Positions 19,785-31,584 of a stretch of DNA of 64,000 bases are shown here, one piece after another. The notes under the pieces are model-generated. The model made no database searches. It was given only the letters and a program-made list of their open reading frames with translations, and had not been told where the DNA came from. The DNA comes from Blastocatellia bacterium (GTDB lineage Bacteria > Acidobacteriota > Blastocatellia > UBA7656): contig CAVXWP010000008.1 of NCBI GenBank assembly GCA_963765495.1, positions 640,001 to 704,000 of the forward strand. The letters run 5' to 3'. Positions within the stretch are counted from its first letter, which is position 1. Every line of letters starts with the position of its first letter. The position numbers and the translations under genes are program-made.

Positions 19785-21206
19785 ATGAGTACCGGCGATC
19801 TTAAGAGAAGCTTTTTTGAAAATGTAATATACTATTTTGACAAAGCCGCAGCTCACACCCAGCACCCCAAGGACCTGCTCGACCAGATAAAGAGATGCAA
19901 CAGCATATACTTTTTTGAATTCCCCGTACGCACACGCCGGGGATTCGAAGTAATCTCCGGCTGGCGAGTCGAACATTCTCACCATAAGCTTCCGGTCAAG
20001 GGTGGAATTCGCTATATCGAAGAGGCTAATGAAGATGAAGTGAAGGCGCTTGCGGCGCTGATGACTTTCAAATGCGCGATAGTTGATGTGCCCTTTGGCG
20101 GGGCGAAAGGCGCGGTCAGGATCAACCCCAGGAACTACACTGTAGAAGAGTTGGAGCAGATTACACGACGCTATACAGCCGAGTTGATCAAGAAGAATTT
20201 CATAGGCCCGGGCGTGGACGTTCCCGCGCCCGATTATGGAACCGGGGCAAGAGAGATGGCCTGGATCGCAGACACCTATGCCGCGTTCAATCCGGGGCAA
20301 ATAGATGCGCTCGCCTGCGTGACGGGCAAGAACATTTCGCAGGGCGGCATTCGTGGAAGACTCGAAGCGACGGGTCGCGGAGTCTTTTATGGTCTGCGAC
20401 AGGCCTGCGAATTTGAAGATGATATGCGCGAGCTTGGACTCACAAAGGGGCTTGAAGGCAAGCGGGTCGTGGTTCAGGGGCTTGGCAATGTGGGGTATTA
20501 CGCCGCTCTATTCTGCCAGAACGGCGGCTGCACACTTGTGGGGCTGGCCGAGTACGAAGGCGCTATTCATAATCCGAACGGCCTGGACCTCGAGGCCGTG
20601 GTGAAGCACCGCAAGGAGACCGGCTCTATACTCAATTTTCCAGGCGCGGAGAACCTCGCCAACAGTCGCGACGCGCTTGAACTGGATTGCGACATACTGA
20701 TACCGGCGGCACTTGAAAACCAGATCACAAGAGAGAACGCCCCTCGTGTCAGGGCTAAGATCATTGCCGAGGCAGCCAACGGTCCAACAACCGCAAACGC
20801 AGAAGAGATTCTGTCTGAAAAAGGGGTACTCGTGATACCCGATATGTTCCTGAATGCCGGGGGCGTGACGGTCTCTTACTTCGAATGGTTAAAGAACCTC
20901 TCGCACGTTCGCTTTGGCAGGATGGGCAAGCGGTTCGAGCAGACCACTTTTGAAAACATAATCCATCTGGTCGAAACGGCAACCGGCAAGAGCCTTTCGG
21001 AAAACGAAATGAAGACCATAGCTCACGGCGCGGACGAGATTGATCTGGTAAATTCCGGGTTGGAAGAGACGATGATCAACGCCTATTGCCAGATTCGCGA
21101 TATACTGAAAGAAGACCCGCGAATAGAGACGCTAAGATCCGCCGCCTTTATCAACGCGATCAACAAGATAGTTACCTGTTACGCGGAGCTTGGCATATTC
21201 CCGTAA
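19785..21206 (+). CDS. gdhA: Glutamate dehydrogenase (Glu/Leu/Phe/Val dehydrogenase family)
   Basis: [34 protein letters not shown] and [12 protein letters not shown] motifs. Confidence 0.93.
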   Translation: MSTGDLKRSFFENVIYYFDKAAAHTQHPKDLLDQIKRCNSIYFFEFPVRTRRGFEVISGWRVEHSHHKLPVKGGIRYIEEANEDEVKALAALMTFKCAIVDVPFGGAKGAVRINPRNYTVEELEQITRRYTAELIKKNFIGPGVDVPAPDYGTGAREMAWIADTYAAFNPGQIDALACVTGKNISQGGIRGRLEATGRGVFYGLRQACEFEDDMRELGLTKGLEGKRVVVQGLGNVGYYAALFCQNGGCTLVGLAEYEGAIHNPNGLDLEAVVKHRKETGSILNFPGAENLANSRDALELDCDILIPAALENQITRENAPRVRAKIIAEAANGPTTANAEEILSEKGVLVIPDMFLNAGGVTVSYFEWLKNLSHVRFGRMGKRFEQTTFENIIHLVETATGKSLSENEMKTIAHGADEIDLVNSGLEETMINAYCQIRDILKEDPRIETLRSAAFINAINKIVTCYAELGIFP

Positions 21207-21216
21207 GGAGAGCGAT

Positions 21217-21546
21217 ATGCAGACAGTGGTACAGGTGATCTGTTCGGGCAACGCTTCTCTTCGCGAAGCGATTGTGCGAGACAAGAAGAATCTAAAGAAG
21301 TTCAAGCTGATGGTATCGAGCGAGAAGGTTCAGGGGCGAAACCCCGGGTGGGCCAAGCTTCACAGCACCGATTACGAGACTCCGGGCGCGTTGAATATCA
21401 TCTGGTACGGCGCGTCAAACATCCTTATCGGCAGGGTCGTCACCCGAAGCGGAAACACGCCCGATGACCTGATAGGCACTTTCATAAGTTATCTGCTGGC
21501 CCGGTATCGAAGACGAATCAGGGCTATCCATGTCTTGCCCGATTGA
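21217..21546 (+). CDS. Hypothetical protein
   Basis: AGGAG RBS directly after the gdh stop; 109 aa of protein-like composition. Confidence 0.65.
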   Translation: MQTVVQVICSGNASLREAIVRDKKNLKKFKLMVSSEKVQGRNPGWAKLHSTDYETPGALNIIWYGASNILIGRVVTRSGNTPDDLIGTFISYLLARYRRRIRAIHVLPD

Positions 21547-21592
21547 ATTATTGCACCATCTTGTCAGAGGCTCATTTGACAGTGAGGCAATG

Positions 21593-21698
21593 GGAATAGG
21601 TCGGGACGGACGCGGATGCGACGGATTTTCACGGATTAGCTCATACAATGTCAGATCCGCGTAAATCCGCCGCATCCGCGTCCGTCCCGGCCTATTTC
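21593..21698. repeat. Long imperfect palindromic (REP/MITE-like) element, copy 1
   Basis: 44-nt arms GGAATAGGTCGGGACGGACGCGGATGCGACGGATTTTCACGGAT and its near reverse complement. Confidence 0.8.
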
Positions 21699-21784
21699 AA
21701 CTTACCCTACTTTGGAGTTTCGTTTGTTACAATCTTGTGCATTTCGATTTAGTTTTGAGGAGAACGAATGGTCCCCATTTACAC

Positions 21785-22552
21785 TCACTTGCGAGCGGTG
21801 ACGATTGGCTGGTAGTAGCCGCTCTCATCGGGCAAATACCATCTCACATCTGACAGACCTGCTAGACTGAGAATTCGGCTCAACTCTTCACGCGACAGGG
21901 CTCTGTAATGAGTGGTGAAGTGTGAGGTCTTCCACGCCCCTTCAACCTCGGTAAGGATGAATTGCCGAACCTGATACGAGCGACCGTCTTCCGCCCAATC
22001 CCACACCTGAAAGACTATGCGCCTGCCCTGCGGATCATCGAAGGCACGAGGGAGGGTCGCCTGCGGCCTCTCTTCACGAAGCCGGTCATAGTCGCGTATG
22101 CTTGCCAGAAACAGCCCGCCCCCGCGCAGTTTGTCTACCACATTCTTAACCGCCAGAATCAGATCGTCATCATCAAGTAGATGAGGCAAGGAATTGTCAC
22201 AGGAAATGACTATATCAAATAAACCATCGACCCTCTTTGTCAGCTCGCGCATATCACAAACATCAAAAGAGATTGAAACGCCAGCCGTATCAGCCTCACG
22301 CCTTGCCCGCTCCACTGCCGCAGGGCTCAAATCCGTAGCGTGGACCAGATAGCCTCGACTTGCCAGACCAATGGCCTGGGTTCCTATGCCGCAGGAACAA
22401 TCGAGCAATGAAAGCCCGCTGCCATTCACCTGCGACCGGATCAGTTTATCAAGTATCTCGGCCTGCCATTGAACACCCTTGTGCCAGTCAGCAAAGATCA
22501 GATGATACTCTGCTGCCATCTCATCATAAAATTTCAGGACCGAATCGCTCAT
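21785..22552 (-). CDS. Class I SAM-dependent methyltransferase
   Basis: LLDCSCGIG motif I; FDIVISCDNSLPH resembles glycine/sarcosine N-methyltransferases. Confidence 0.88.
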   Translation of the reverse strand: MSDSVLKFYDEMAAEYHLIFADWHKGVQWQAEILDKLIRSQVNGSGLSLLDCSCGIGTQAIGLASRGYLVHATDLSPAAVERARREADTAGVSISFDVCDMRELTKRVDGLFDIVISCDNSLPHLLDDDDLILAVKNVVDKLRGGGLFLASIRDYDRLREERPQATLPRAFDDPQGRRIVFQVWDWAEDGRSYQVRQFILTEVEGAWKTSHFTTHYRALSREELSRILSLAGLSDVRWYLPDESGYYQPIVTARK

Positions 22553-22557
22553 CGTGC

Positions 22558-23364
22558 TTACTTTGCTTCGACATCCGTCACAAAATCCCTGATTGCGGAA
22601 GCGACAAGCGCGGGCTGTTCCGTGGCGCTCATATGCGCGGCATTCGGAATAATAACGAGTCGCGCATCTGGTATTTTTTCGACAAGCAACTCGGATCGGT
22701 CAAGCGGTGTCGCGATGTCATTGTCACCGACCATAACAAGGGCGGGCACAGAAATCCGGCCAAGTTCGTCCGTTATATCATCTCTGTTAAAGACGGCGAG
22801 CGCGGCCTGATAGATGCCCTCCGGGTCACGGTCTTCCTGTAATTTTTCGCGGTAGGCCGCAATCAACTCCGGGTGATCGGCGTAGGTAGAAGGCGCAAAG
22901 TAAAACTGCAAAACCGTATCGGCAACCATAGCAGCCATGCCTGCCCGCAGTGCCCCCGCGAGTTGAAAATAATTCTCGCGCCGCTCTTCCATCTCAGGCC
23001 GCGAAGAGGTATCCATCAAGGTAAGAGATTTGACCTTTTCCGGGTGCGAGAGGGCCAGCCGCATGCCGAGCATTCCGCCCATTGAAAGCCCTGCCCAGTG
23101 AACCGATTTCAGATCAAGTGCGTCAAGCAGGGCGCTGCAATCTTCGGCCATGTTCTCAAGCGTCAAGGTGGCGCGGTGGCCGCTTTCGCCGTGACCATGC
23201 TGATCCAGATTGATGATGTGAAACCCATCTGCCAGTTCAGCCACGACCTCTGAAAACATATCGCGCGCCCAAAGCAAACTGTGAGTAAAGACGATAGTGG
23301 GATTCGAACGTTCGCCCACTTCATCATAAGCAAACTCAATATCATTGACCGTAATCTTAGCCAT
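22558..23364 (-). CDS. Alpha/beta hydrolase (PcaD-like)
   Basis: DQHGHGES; nucleophile elbow GLSMGG; AAH catalytic His. Confidence 0.88.
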   Translation of the reverse strand: MAKITVNDIEFAYDEVGERSNPTIVFTHSLLWARDMFSEVVAELADGFHIINLDQHGHGESGHRATLTLENMAEDCSALLDALDLKSVHWAGLSMGGMLGMRLALSHPEKVKSLTLMDTSSRPEMEERRENYFQLAGALRAGMAAMVADTVLQFYFAPSTYADHPELIAAYREKLQEDRDPEGIYQAALAVFNRDDITDELGRISVPALVMVGDNDIATPLDRSELLVEKIPDARLVIIPNAAHMSATEQPALVASAIRDFVTDVEAK

Positions 23365-23385
23365 CTATTCTCCTCTCTTTCATAC

Positions 23386-25002
23386 TCATCGCCTTAACAG
23401 ACGGGTGAATCTTCCTACCACCGACTTAGCCTCGGGCAACTTCATCGCGGCAGTTATGCCAAAATATAGAAGGCCGTACGACCCGAGGACAAGAGCGGCG
23501 ACGATGATCGGATGACGCGGCCCGACGGCCAGCTTTACTCCCCACGCTAACGCCGCGCCCACCGCTGCCGCAGTCCAGAGCCGGAACACAAATACAGGCG
23601 GCAGCCCGGTCTTTCCTATCTTCCGATTTAGCGAACGGCGCAACAGCGCGAACTCAACCCATCCGGCAATACCGGCTGAAATCGTCAGTCCCGCCACTCC
23701 CCACCTCTGGTCGATGCCAAACGCGACAGGCGCTGGTATCGCAAGCAAATAACCAAGCGCAATGGTCAAGCCTACGCGAACGATGGCGAAATACAGGGGA
23801 GTGCGCGTATCGCTCAGAGCGTAAAAGGTCGAGGCATAGAGGCGACCCAGAGTTGACGCGAGCAACCCGACTGCCGAGCCTGCCAGAATTCCCCAGACAT
23901 AAATGACATCATCGCGTGTGAACCGGCCTGATTGATAGATCGCGGCGGTGATTACATCTCCAAGCGCGAGAAAGGCCATCGCCGAAGGGATTATGAAAAA
24001 GGCTATCTGCCGCAGCCCCGAATTCAAACGGCGCTTAAGGTATCCGGCTATCTCCTCCTGGTTTCCAACGGCCCGCGACATCGCCGGAAGTTCCGCAGCC
24101 GATACGGCCATGCCAAACAGGCTTACCGGCAGCGTGTAGAGCGTCTGCGCGTAACTCAAAGCAGCGACCGCCCCCGTAGGCAACAGACTTGCTAGCAGCG
24201 CGTCAACGTATGCGCTTATCTGCACGACGCCGCGACTGAAAAAGACCGGCACGAAATTCTTTATCACGGTTCTTACGCTTGCCAGATGCAATCCGAGCGA
24301 AAAATGCAATCTTTTAATCAGGCTAAAGACAAACGGCAACTGCACTCCAAACTGTAGTGCGCTTCCGACAACCGATCCCCACGCGACGGCTTCGGCCAGC
24401 GGATACTGAGTCATGCGACCGCCAAAGCCCACAAGCGAGGCGATCATCACAAGGTTCCAGATAACCGGCGCTACGTATGAGAGAAAGAATTTATGATGGC
24501 TGTTTAAGATTCCCAGACACCAAGCTGAAAATACCAGCAATCCCGCGCCGGGAAATAATATCTTGACCAGTTGAATAGTCAGTTCCCGTTTTTCGCCTTC
24601 AAACCCGGGCGCGATTGTGTCGATCAAATAGGGCGTGGCCAGCACTCCCACGAGCACAAGAAAGGACATCGTGAGCGCGAGCAGCGAGGCAATCGCCCCG
24701 GCTACGCGGCCCGCTTCTTCTTCGTTGTCGCGGGCGAGCAGCCCGGCATAAACGGGTATGAATGAAGCCGAAAGCACCCCTTCGCCAAACAGGTTTTGAA
24801 GAAAGTTTGGAATCCTGAATGCGGCCTTGAATGCATCGGCGGCATCGGAGTTGCCGAAGTAGTGAGCAAAGAAGCGATCACGGACAAGCCCGGCGATTCG
24901 GCTCAGGAATATGCCAGCCGCTACCAGAAACGCAGACTTCCCCGCGCTCGGTCCGGCCTTTGAAGTTGCTTTGGTAGAAGGATTTTCAGTGGGTGAATGC
25001 AT
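23386..25002 (-). CDS. murJ: Lipid II flippase MurJ (MviN)
   Basis: SRIAGLVRD, DAFKAAFRIPN, GEGVLSASFIP. The longer ORF-track start runs through a REP element and is unlikely. Confidence 0.93.
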   Translation of the reverse strand: MHSPTENPSTKATSKAGPSAGKSAFLVAAGIFLSRIAGLVRDRFFAHYFGNSDAADAFKAAFRIPNFLQNLFGEGVLSASFIPVYAGLLARDNEEEAGRVAGAIASLLALTMSFLVLVGVLATPYLIDTIAPGFEGEKRELTIQLVKILFPGAGLLVFSAWCLGILNSHHKFFLSYVAPVIWNLVMIASLVGFGGRMTQYPLAEAVAWGSVVGSALQFGVQLPFVFSLIKRLHFSLGLHLASVRTVIKNFVPVFFSRGVVQISAYVDALLASLLPTGAVAALSYAQTLYTLPVSLFGMAVSAAELPAMSRAVGNQEEIAGYLKRRLNSGLRQIAFFIIPSAMAFLALGDVITAAIYQSGRFTRDDVIYVWGILAGSAVGLLASTLGRLYASTFYALSDTRTPLYFAIVRVGLTIALGYLLAIPAPVAFGIDQRWGVAGLTISAGIAGWVEFALLRRSLNRKIGKTGLPPVFVFRLWTAAAVGAALAWGVKLAVGPRHPIIVAALVLGSYGLLYFGITAAMKLPEAKSVVGRFTRLLRR

Positions 25003-25072
25003 ATATGTCTGTCGTCTGATCAACCCGTATCCTACCACAAGCAGGACTATTACAAGGTAGCTTGACATGTAA

Positions 25073-25199
25073 TGTAGGGGCGATTGGCGCATGATGTTCT
25101 TCGCACGGCGCGGGCTTGTCCCTGCCCGGATTGGCCGAAGGCCAATGACAATCATCGCGCTAACGCGCGATCCGGGCAGGGACAAGCCCTGCCCCTACA
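25073..25199. repeat. GTAG-family REP doublet (REPIN-like)
   Basis: Right arm reads TGTAGGGGCAGGGCTTGTCCCTGCCC on the minus strand; the left arm carries the same parts split by ~28 nt. Confidence 0.7.
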
Positions 25200-25318
25200 T
25201 TTTACTTGATTCCGTAACAACCCTATTACCAGGCTGATTGACACTGTTTTTGTCGTATCCCTATAATCTGCTACTATTTTAGGAGGCAGCGTAAAATAGA
25301 AAAGTATTGGAGAGCTTG

Positions 25319-26950
25319 ATGTCAAACAAGCAGGAGAGTATTGGAAGCTTATTTCCATTAGATTTTAACGACCAAATACTTGAGCGGCGTCGTTCGCTCG
25401 AAGAGATAATTCAACTGGGCTTTGACCCCTATTCACACAAGTTCGACCGCACTCATACGATTAGTCGTCTTGTCGAATTATATTCCTCAAAATCCGCCGA
25501 AGAACTCGAATCCGAGCGCCCTCGCGTTCGAGCCGCCGGACGCATTCACGCCATCAACAAGATGGGCAAGGCCGCTTTCATCCGCTTCACGGACGGGCGA
25601 GAAATATTGCAGATTTACATCAAGTCGAACGAGGTGGACGAGCGCACATGGTCGCTTTTCAAACTGCTTCACCTGGGCGACATAATCGGCACCGAAGGGC
25701 GGTTGTTTCGCACCCGCACGGGCGAGCTTTCGATCCATGCCGACTCGCTCACATTCTTAGCGAAGGCGCTCTTGCCGCCGCCGGACAAGTATTACGGGCT
25801 GGCCGACATCGAGACGCGCTATCGCCAGCGTTACGCCGATCTGATAGCTAACCGCGACGTGCGGATGGTGTTTGAAAAGCGCGCAGAGGTGATTCGCCGG
25901 ATACGGAGTTTTTTTGATGAGCGCGGGTATGTAGAGGTGGAAACACCTATGCTTACGCCACTGCCCACGGGCGCGGCGGCAAGACCCTTTATCACACATC
26001 ACAACGCGCTCGACATCCCGCTCTACGCCCGCATCGCGCCCGAACTTTATTTAAAGCGCCTGATCGTCGCAGGCTTTGAGAAGGTCTACGAGATAAACCG
26101 CAATTTTAGAAACGAGGGGTTGTCTACGCGTCACAATCCCGAATTCACGATGCTTGAATGGTACGAAGCCTATTCTGATTATGAGAATCTGATCGAGATG
26201 ACCGAGACCTTGATCGCGGACCTCGTGGAAAAGGTGCGGGGACAAGAGGTAATCCAATACGGCGAGCGCGAAATCAACTTCAAACGCCCGTGGGCGAGAC
26301 TGACCATGACTGACGCGGTGATACATTACTGGCCCGATGTCGATACGCGTCCGACACGCGAAGCGATTTCGACCGCCGAAGGCATGCTCAACGCTATCGA
26401 AGAGTCAAACATAGAGAGTCTCAAATCTCAGATTTCAAATCTCAGAACACTCAGCTACGGCTATCTGCTTGGCGAAGTGTTCGAGCACGTGGCCGAACCT
26501 CACCTGATGGACCCCGTTTTCATCACGGAGTTTCCAACCGAGCTTTCTCCCCTCTCCAAGCAGAGCGAAGCGAATCCCGCCTTTGTGGATCGCTTCGAGC
26601 TTTACATCGCAGGGATGGAGATAGCAAACGGGTTCTGCGAGATCAATGACCCCGTGGACCAGCGCCGGAGGTTCGAGGCGCAGATGCAATTGCGCGAGCG
26701 AGGCGACGAAGAAGCCATGCTCATTGACGACGATTATATTCGAGCCCTCTCTTTCGGGATGCCGCCGACGGCCGGAGAAGGAATAGGCATAGATCGTCTG
26801 GTGATGGTTTTGACCGATCAGAAATCCATACGCGATGTAATTCTCTTCCCTCATATGCGGCCCGAAAAATCGGGCAGCGCGCAAATTCATGCCGACAGTG
26901 AGGCAAAAGCAACGGCGGTCGTTTCGCAGAATGAAACTACTGACCACTGA
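25319..26950 (+). CDS. lysS: Lysine--tRNA ligase, class II
   Basis: [33 protein letters not shown] and [15 protein letters not shown] motifs. Confidence 0.97.
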   Translation: MSNKQESIGSLFPLDFNDQILERRRSLEEIIQLGFDPYSHKFDRTHTISRLVELYSSKSAEELESERPRVRAAGRIHAINKMGKAAFIRFTDGREILQIYIKSNEVDERTWSLFKLLHLGDIIGTEGRLFRTRTGELSIHADSLTFLAKALLPPPDKYYGLADIETRYRQRYADLIANRDVRMVFEKRAEVIRRIRSFFDERGYVEVETPMLTPLPTGAAARPFITHHNALDIPLYARIAPELYLKRLIVAGFEKVYEINRNFRNEGLSTRHNPEFTMLEWYEAYSDYENLIEMTETLIADLVEKVRGQEVIQYGEREINFKRPWARLTMTDAVIHYWPDVDTRPTREAISTAEGMLNAIEESNIESLKSQISNLRTLSYGYLLGEVFEHVAEPHLMDPVFITEFPTELSPLSKQSEANPAFVDRFELYIAGMEIANGFCEINDPVDQRRRFEAQMQLRERGDEEAMLIDDDYIRALSFGMPPTAGEGIGIDRLVMVLTDQKSIRDVILFPHMRPEKSGSAQIHADSEAKATAVVSQNETTDH

Positions 26951-26966
26951 CCACCGACCACTGCCT

Positions 26967-28214
26967 ATGCCTTACGAACTTTTCATCGCACTCAGATACC
27001 TGCGAGCCAAGCGCAAGCAGGTAATGATCTCTGTAATCACGGTCATTGCCGTGGCGGCGGTTGCGGCGGGCGTCGCTTCTCTAATTACCGTGCTGGCGAT
27101 GATGACAGGCTTTCGCGAGGATTTTCAGACAAAGATTCTATCCGGGACCGCGCACCTTAATCTTATGCGCAAGGACGGGCGCTCAATCGAGAATTATCAG
27201 GACCTTGTAAAACAGATTCATACGCTGCCCCATATCCGAGGCGCTTACGCCACGCTCTACCAACGAGTGCTTTTGCAGGGAACCCAGAATACGGATGGCG
27301 CTATATTGAAAGGCGTAGAGATGACCGCGCCAGGCGAGGCGAACGAGGTTTTCCAATTCACAAAAGAGGGCGACCCGCACTCGCTCAGCCAGCCGGAAAC
27401 AGACAAGGAAACAGGCGCTACGATTGACAACATGATCGTAGGCAGCGAGTTGGCCGAAACAATTGGCCTGCGTGTAGGCGACATCGCTACGGTAATCTCG
27501 CCGCAGGGGCATCTTACACCCGTTGGCATGGCTCCGCGCTATCGCGATTTCAAGGTAGCGGGCATTTTTCAATCCGGCCTGAGCGATTACGACGCTACGT
27601 GGGCATACATATCGCTTGCGGCGGCACAGCGGCTTTCAGGCAGAGAAGACGTGGCCGAGCTTGTTCAAATCAAAGTAGACGATGTCAACAACGTAAAAGA
27701 GATCGGGCGCGAAGTCTTGCAAGCGGTGGGCGACCAGTACAGAGTGCAGGACTGGCAGGAGTTGAACGCGCCCATTTACACGGCGCTCAGTTATGAAAAA
27801 CTGCTGACAGGCATCGCGCTCCTTATCGTGATAGGCATTGCCGCGCTCAACATTATCACGGTCCTGATTATGATCGTGATGGAGAAACACCGCGACATCG
27901 CCATCTTGAAATCGATGGGTGCTACCAGTCGCAGCGTGATGTTTCTGTTCATGATTCAGGGATTGCTCATAGGCGTGACCGGGATAATCATCGGCATCGC
28001 CGTTGGCTGGGGCTTTTCCTATTTTGCAAATGCCAGGCAATTGATCAAGCTTCCGCCCGGCGCTTATGCGCTCGATTATCTGCCTTTTCACACAAGCGCA
28101 GGCGACATCCTTATAGTAGCCTCCGTCACGCTCCTGATAAGCTTTCTATCAACCGTCTATCCTTCGTGGAGCGCGGCCCGGTTGAACCCGGTGGAGGGAC
28201 TTCGCTATGAGTAA
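26967..28214 (+). CDS. lolE: Lipoprotein-releasing ABC transporter permease LolC/E family
   Basis: [40 protein letters not shown]; lies next to lolD. Confidence 0.88.
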   Translation: MPYELFIALRYLRAKRKQVMISVITVIAVAAVAAGVASLITVLAMMTGFREDFQTKILSGTAHLNLMRKDGRSIENYQDLVKQIHTLPHIRGAYATLYQRVLLQGTQNTDGAILKGVEMTAPGEANEVFQFTKEGDPHSLSQPETDKETGATIDNMIVGSELAETIGLRVGDIATVISPQGHLTPVGMAPRYRDFKVAGIFQSGLSDYDATWAYISLAAAQRLSGREDVAELVQIKVDDVNNVKEIGREVLQAVGDQYRVQDWQELNAPIYTALSYEKLLTGIALLIVIGIAALNIITVLIMIVMEKHRDIAILKSMGATSRSVMFLFMIQGLLIGVTGIIIGIAVGWGFSYFANARQLIKLPPGAYALDYLPFHTSAGDILIVASVTLLISFLSTVYPSWSAARLNPVEGLRYE

Positions 28215-28998
28215 ATCGGGGGTCGGGGGCCAGGGGTCGGGGGCCGGGGATGAAGCAGGAGACGGGAACCGTCTGTCGGGCAATGACGTAGCGGACGATA
28301 TTAACCGGCCCCCGGCAAAACTCCGGCCCTTTTTAAGCGCCGAACGCATAGCAAAGGTATATAAATCGGGTCAAAATCGAGTGGTTGTGTTTGAGGGATT
28401 GAGCCTGGAATTGGCCGAAGGAGAGATGGTTGCGATAGTCGGTCCGTCGGGCGCTGGAAAATCGACCTTATTGCACATCTTAGGTGGATTGGATAAGCCG
28501 GATGACGGAATCGTCAAACTGGGCGAGTTTGACATTTTCAAACTCGCTGATGTAGACTTGGCTCGGTTTCGTAATAAGGAGATTGGGTTCATTTTCCAAT
28601 TTCACCATCTGCTGCCAGAATTCACCGCTCTTGAAAATGCGATGATGCCGCTGCTGATCTCAAGGAGTTCACATCGAGCAGCCAGCCGTCGCGCCGAAAA
28701 TATGCTCGCAAGCGTCGGCCTTGCCGACAGGGCAACGCATCGTCCGGGCGAGCTTTCAGGGGGTGAACAGGCGCGGGTGGCGCTGGCAAGGGCGCTGGTA
28801 GCCGGGCCCAAAGTATTGCTGGCGGACGAGCCGACGGGTGATCTCGACAGCAAAACCAGTGAAAGCATTCATAACCTGCTCAAGGAGATTCATAGATCGC
28901 AAGGGCTGACATCGGTGATTGTGACCCACAACGAACGTTTAGCTTCTATTTGCGACCGTGTGCTGCACCTTGAGGATGGTCGGTTGCGTGACGGTTGA
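28207..28998 (+). CDS. lolD: Lipoprotein-releasing ABC transporter ATP-binding protein
   Basis: [18 protein letters not shown] (LolD motif), LSGGE, DEPTG. Confidence 0.92.
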   Translation: MSKSGVGGQGSGAGDEAGDGNRLSGNDVADDINRPPAKLRPFLSAERIAKVYKSGQNRVVVFEGLSLELAEGEMVAIVGPSGAGKSTLLHILGGLDKPDDGIVKLGEFDIFKLADVDLARFRNKEIGFIFQFHHLLPEFTALENAMMPLLISRSSHRAASRRAENMLASVGLADRATHRPGELSGGEQARVALARALVAGPKVLLADEPTGDLDSKTSESIHNLLKEIHRSQGLTSVIVTHNERLASICDRVLHLEDGRLRDG

Positions 28999-29019
28999 AT
29001 TCAATATTGGAAGCCAAAC

Positions 29020-31458
29020 ATGTTCGAACGATATACCGAGAAAGCGCGCCGCGTAATCTTCTTCGCCAGATATGAAGCAAGCCAGTTCGGGGCGCACGCC
29101 ATCGAGGCCGAGCATATTCTGCTCGGTCTGCTTCGCGAAGACAAACAGTTAGCTCAGAAATTCTTCCGCTCTCCACACTCTACAGTAGAATCGATCCGCA
29201 AGGAGATCGAAGGCCGCACGGTGTTGCGCGAAAAGGTCTCTGCTTCGGTTGATCTGCCTCTGTCTCAGAGCGCGAAGCGCGTACTCAGTTACGCCGCGGA
29301 TGAAAGCGAGCGATTGCAACATCGCTACATTGGAACGGAACATCTGCTTCTGGGCATTCTGCGCGAAGAGAAATCGCCTGCCGCGACCATTCTATATGAG
29401 CGAGGGCTGCGCCTTTCTCAAATACGCGAAGACCTCTTGCGCGCTCAGCACAATGAACGCGCGATAGCTCATAAAAAAGAGGTCCCGCACCTTGCCGAAT
29501 TCAGCCGCGATCTTACCGAAGCCGCCGTCGCCGATCAGCTTGACCCGCTCATCGGTCGCGAATTTGAAATCGAGCGCCTGATTCAGATTCTTTGCCGCCG
29601 TACAAAGAATAATCCCGTGCTGATTGGCGAACCGGGTGTCGGAAAGACCGCAATCATAGAAGGGCTGGCTCAGAGGATTGTCACAGGCGATGTGCCTCCT
29701 TTTCTTCGCGACAAAAGGCTGCTTGCGCTCGACCTGTCGCTTATCGTAGCCGGGACTAAATACCGGGGTCAGTTCGAAGAACGGCTGAAGACTATAATGC
29801 GCGAGTTGATCGACAACCCGCATTACATCGTCTTCATAGACGAATTGCACACCCTGGTAGGCGCAGGATCGGCCGAAGGGTCGCTTGATGCCGCCAATAT
29901 CTTGAAACCGGCGCTCTCGCGCGGCGAGATTCAATGCATAGGCGCGTCCACGCCTACGGAATTTCGAAAGACCATCGAAAAAGATCGCTCGCTCGAACGA
30001 CGCTTCCAGACCGTAAAGGTTCCGGCTCCGACCGAAGAAGAGACCATAAAGATACTTGAAGGGGTAAAGGAAAGATACGAGGCTTTCCATCAGGTGCGAT
30101 ACACACAAGAGGCCCTTGAGGCCGCCGTCTTTCAATCATCCCGCTATATTTCGGATCGATTCCTGCCCGACAAGGCCATCGATGTGCTCGACGAAGCAGG
30201 TGCGAGAGTGAAGTTGCGCGAAGCTCACATGCCGCCCGATATTATCGACAGCGAAGGCCGATTGCGCCGCCATACGGCGAATTTCGAGCGCGCCACAGCC
30301 GAACGCGATTACGAGCGCGCAAAGTTCTTCAAGCAGAAAGAGCAGGAAGAACTTGGCAGGCTTGCGATCTTGCGCGAGTCTTACAATATCGACGAGGGAC
30401 TGCCCTCGGAGGTAGGCCGCGAAGATGTTGAAGAGGTGATTTCGCGCTGGACAGGAATTCCTTTGACCTCGCTAAAAGAAGAAGAGACGGCAAAGCTGCT
30501 GCGTACGGAAGAGGAACTGCACAAACGTATCATCAGTCAGGACCGCGCAATTTCGGCGCTTTCGCGTGCGATTCGCCGCTCCCGCGCTGGGCTGAAGAAT
30601 CCGAACCGGCCCGTGGGCTCTTTCCTCTTCCTCGGCCCCACGGGCGTAGGCAAAACCGAGGTTGCCAGATCGCTCGCGGAATTCCTCTTCGGGTCCGAAC
30701 GCGCTCTTATCCGCTTCGACATGTCTGAGTACATGGAAAAGCACGCCGTGTCAAAGCTCATCGGCAGCCCGCCCGGCTACGTAGGCCACGAAGAAGGCGG
30801 GCAGATGACCGAAAAGATCAAGCGAAACCCCTACTCGGTCCTGCTGCTTGACGAGATCGAAAAGGCACACCCCGACCTCTTCAATATTCTGCTTCAGGTG
30901 CTTGAAGACGGAACATTGACCGATTCGCTCGGCAATTCGATTGATTTTAAAAACACCATCCTGATCATGACTTCAAACATAGGCGCGCGCTTTATACAAA
31001 AGCGCGGGCATCTCGGGTTCCAGGCGGCGCAGCGGTCTCAACAATCGACCGTTGAAGAAGGCGTGATGCAGGCGGTCAAGCAGACGTTCAACCCGGAATT
31101 CATAAACAGGCTTGATGAGATCATCGTTTTCGAGCCGCTTACCGATTCCGATCTGTTCGAAATCGTGGGCCTCTTGATAGCCCAGCTCAACCGCACATTG
31201 ATCCGACGCAAGCTTCAGGTGCAGATGACCGAAGATGCCCGCCAGTGGATTGTCGATCAGACATGTACGGATCGCAGCTACGGCGCCCGCCCGCTTCGTC
31301 GAGCGCTTCAAAAATATGTCGAAGACCCACTTTCGGAGGCCCTTATTGGCGGACGATTCAGCGAAGCCTCGGTTATTGAAATCTATCTGGAAGGCGATAT
31401 GCTTGGATACCGCCCCGTTGAACTTGAAGAGCTTGGCGATGCGTTGCTCGTACAGTGA
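29020..31458 (+). CDS. clpC: ATP-dependent Clp protease ATP-binding subunit
   Basis: [11 protein letters not shown] Clp_N repeats; GEPGVGKT and GPTGVGKT Walker A motifs; LGF ClpP-binding loop. Confidence 0.95.
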   Translation: MFERYTEKARRVIFFARYEASQFGAHAIEAEHILLGLLREDKQLAQKFFRSPHSTVESIRKEIEGRTVLREKVSASVDLPLSQSAKRVLSYAADESERLQHRYIGTEHLLLGILREEKSPAATILYERGLRLSQIREDLLRAQHNERAIAHKKEVPHLAEFSRDLTEAAVADQLDPLIGREFEIERLIQILCRRTKNNPVLIGEPGVGKTAIIEGLAQRIVTGDVPPFLRDKRLLALDLSLIVAGTKYRGQFEERLKTIMRELIDNPHYIVFIDELHTLVGAGSAEGSLDAANILKPALSRGEIQCIGASTPTEFRKTIEKDRSLERRFQTVKVPAPTEEETIKILEGVKERYEAFHQVRYTQEALEAAVFQSSRYISDRFLPDKAIDVLDEAGARVKLREAHMPPDIIDSEGRLRRHTANFERATAERDYERAKFFKQKEQEELGRLAILRESYNIDEGLPSEVGREDVEEVISRWTGIPLTSLKEEETAKLLRTEEELHKRIISQDRAISALSRAIRRSRAGLKNPNRPVGSFLFLGPTGVGKTEVARSLAEFLFGSERALIRFDMSEYMEKHAVSKLIGSPPGYVGHEEGGQMTEKIKRNPYSVLLLDEIEKAHPDLFNILLQVLEDGTLTDSLGNSIDFKNTILIMTSNIGARFIQKRGHLGFQAAQRSQQSTVEEGVMQAVKQTFNPEFINRLDEIIVFEPLTDSDLFEIVGLLIAQLNRTLIRRKLQVQMTEDARQWIVDQTCTDRSYGARPLRRALQKYVEDPLSEALIGGRFSEASVIEIYLEGDMLGYRPVELEELGDALLVQ

Positions 31459-31460
31459 AT

Positions 31461-31560
31461 CGTGATGCGTGATGCGTGATGCGTGATCTTCGGGCCGATG
31501 GCCGTTTAAGGTCGCATCGCTTATCTCACGAATCACCATTCACGATTCACGATTCATCAA
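31461..31560. repeat. Two inverted heptamer arrays: (CGTGATG)x4 and (TCACGAT)-like x5
   Basis: Read directly in the clpC-crcB intergenic region. Confidence 0.8.
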
Positions 31561-31584
31561 TCGCTGTTCAACTAAATCAAATCA

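Noticed and set aside
25003-25185. N-terminal extension of MurJ in the ORF track
   Set aside because: It runs through the REP element and is not MurJ-like.
31461-31560. Repeat arrays here and at 21593 and 44529 considered as CRISPR
   Set aside because: No repeat-unique spacer alternation and no cas genes.
31459-31584. Possible fluoride riboswitch upstream of crcB
   Set aside because: No match to the GGCGATGGxGTTCGCC-type core; the region is explained by heptamer arrays.
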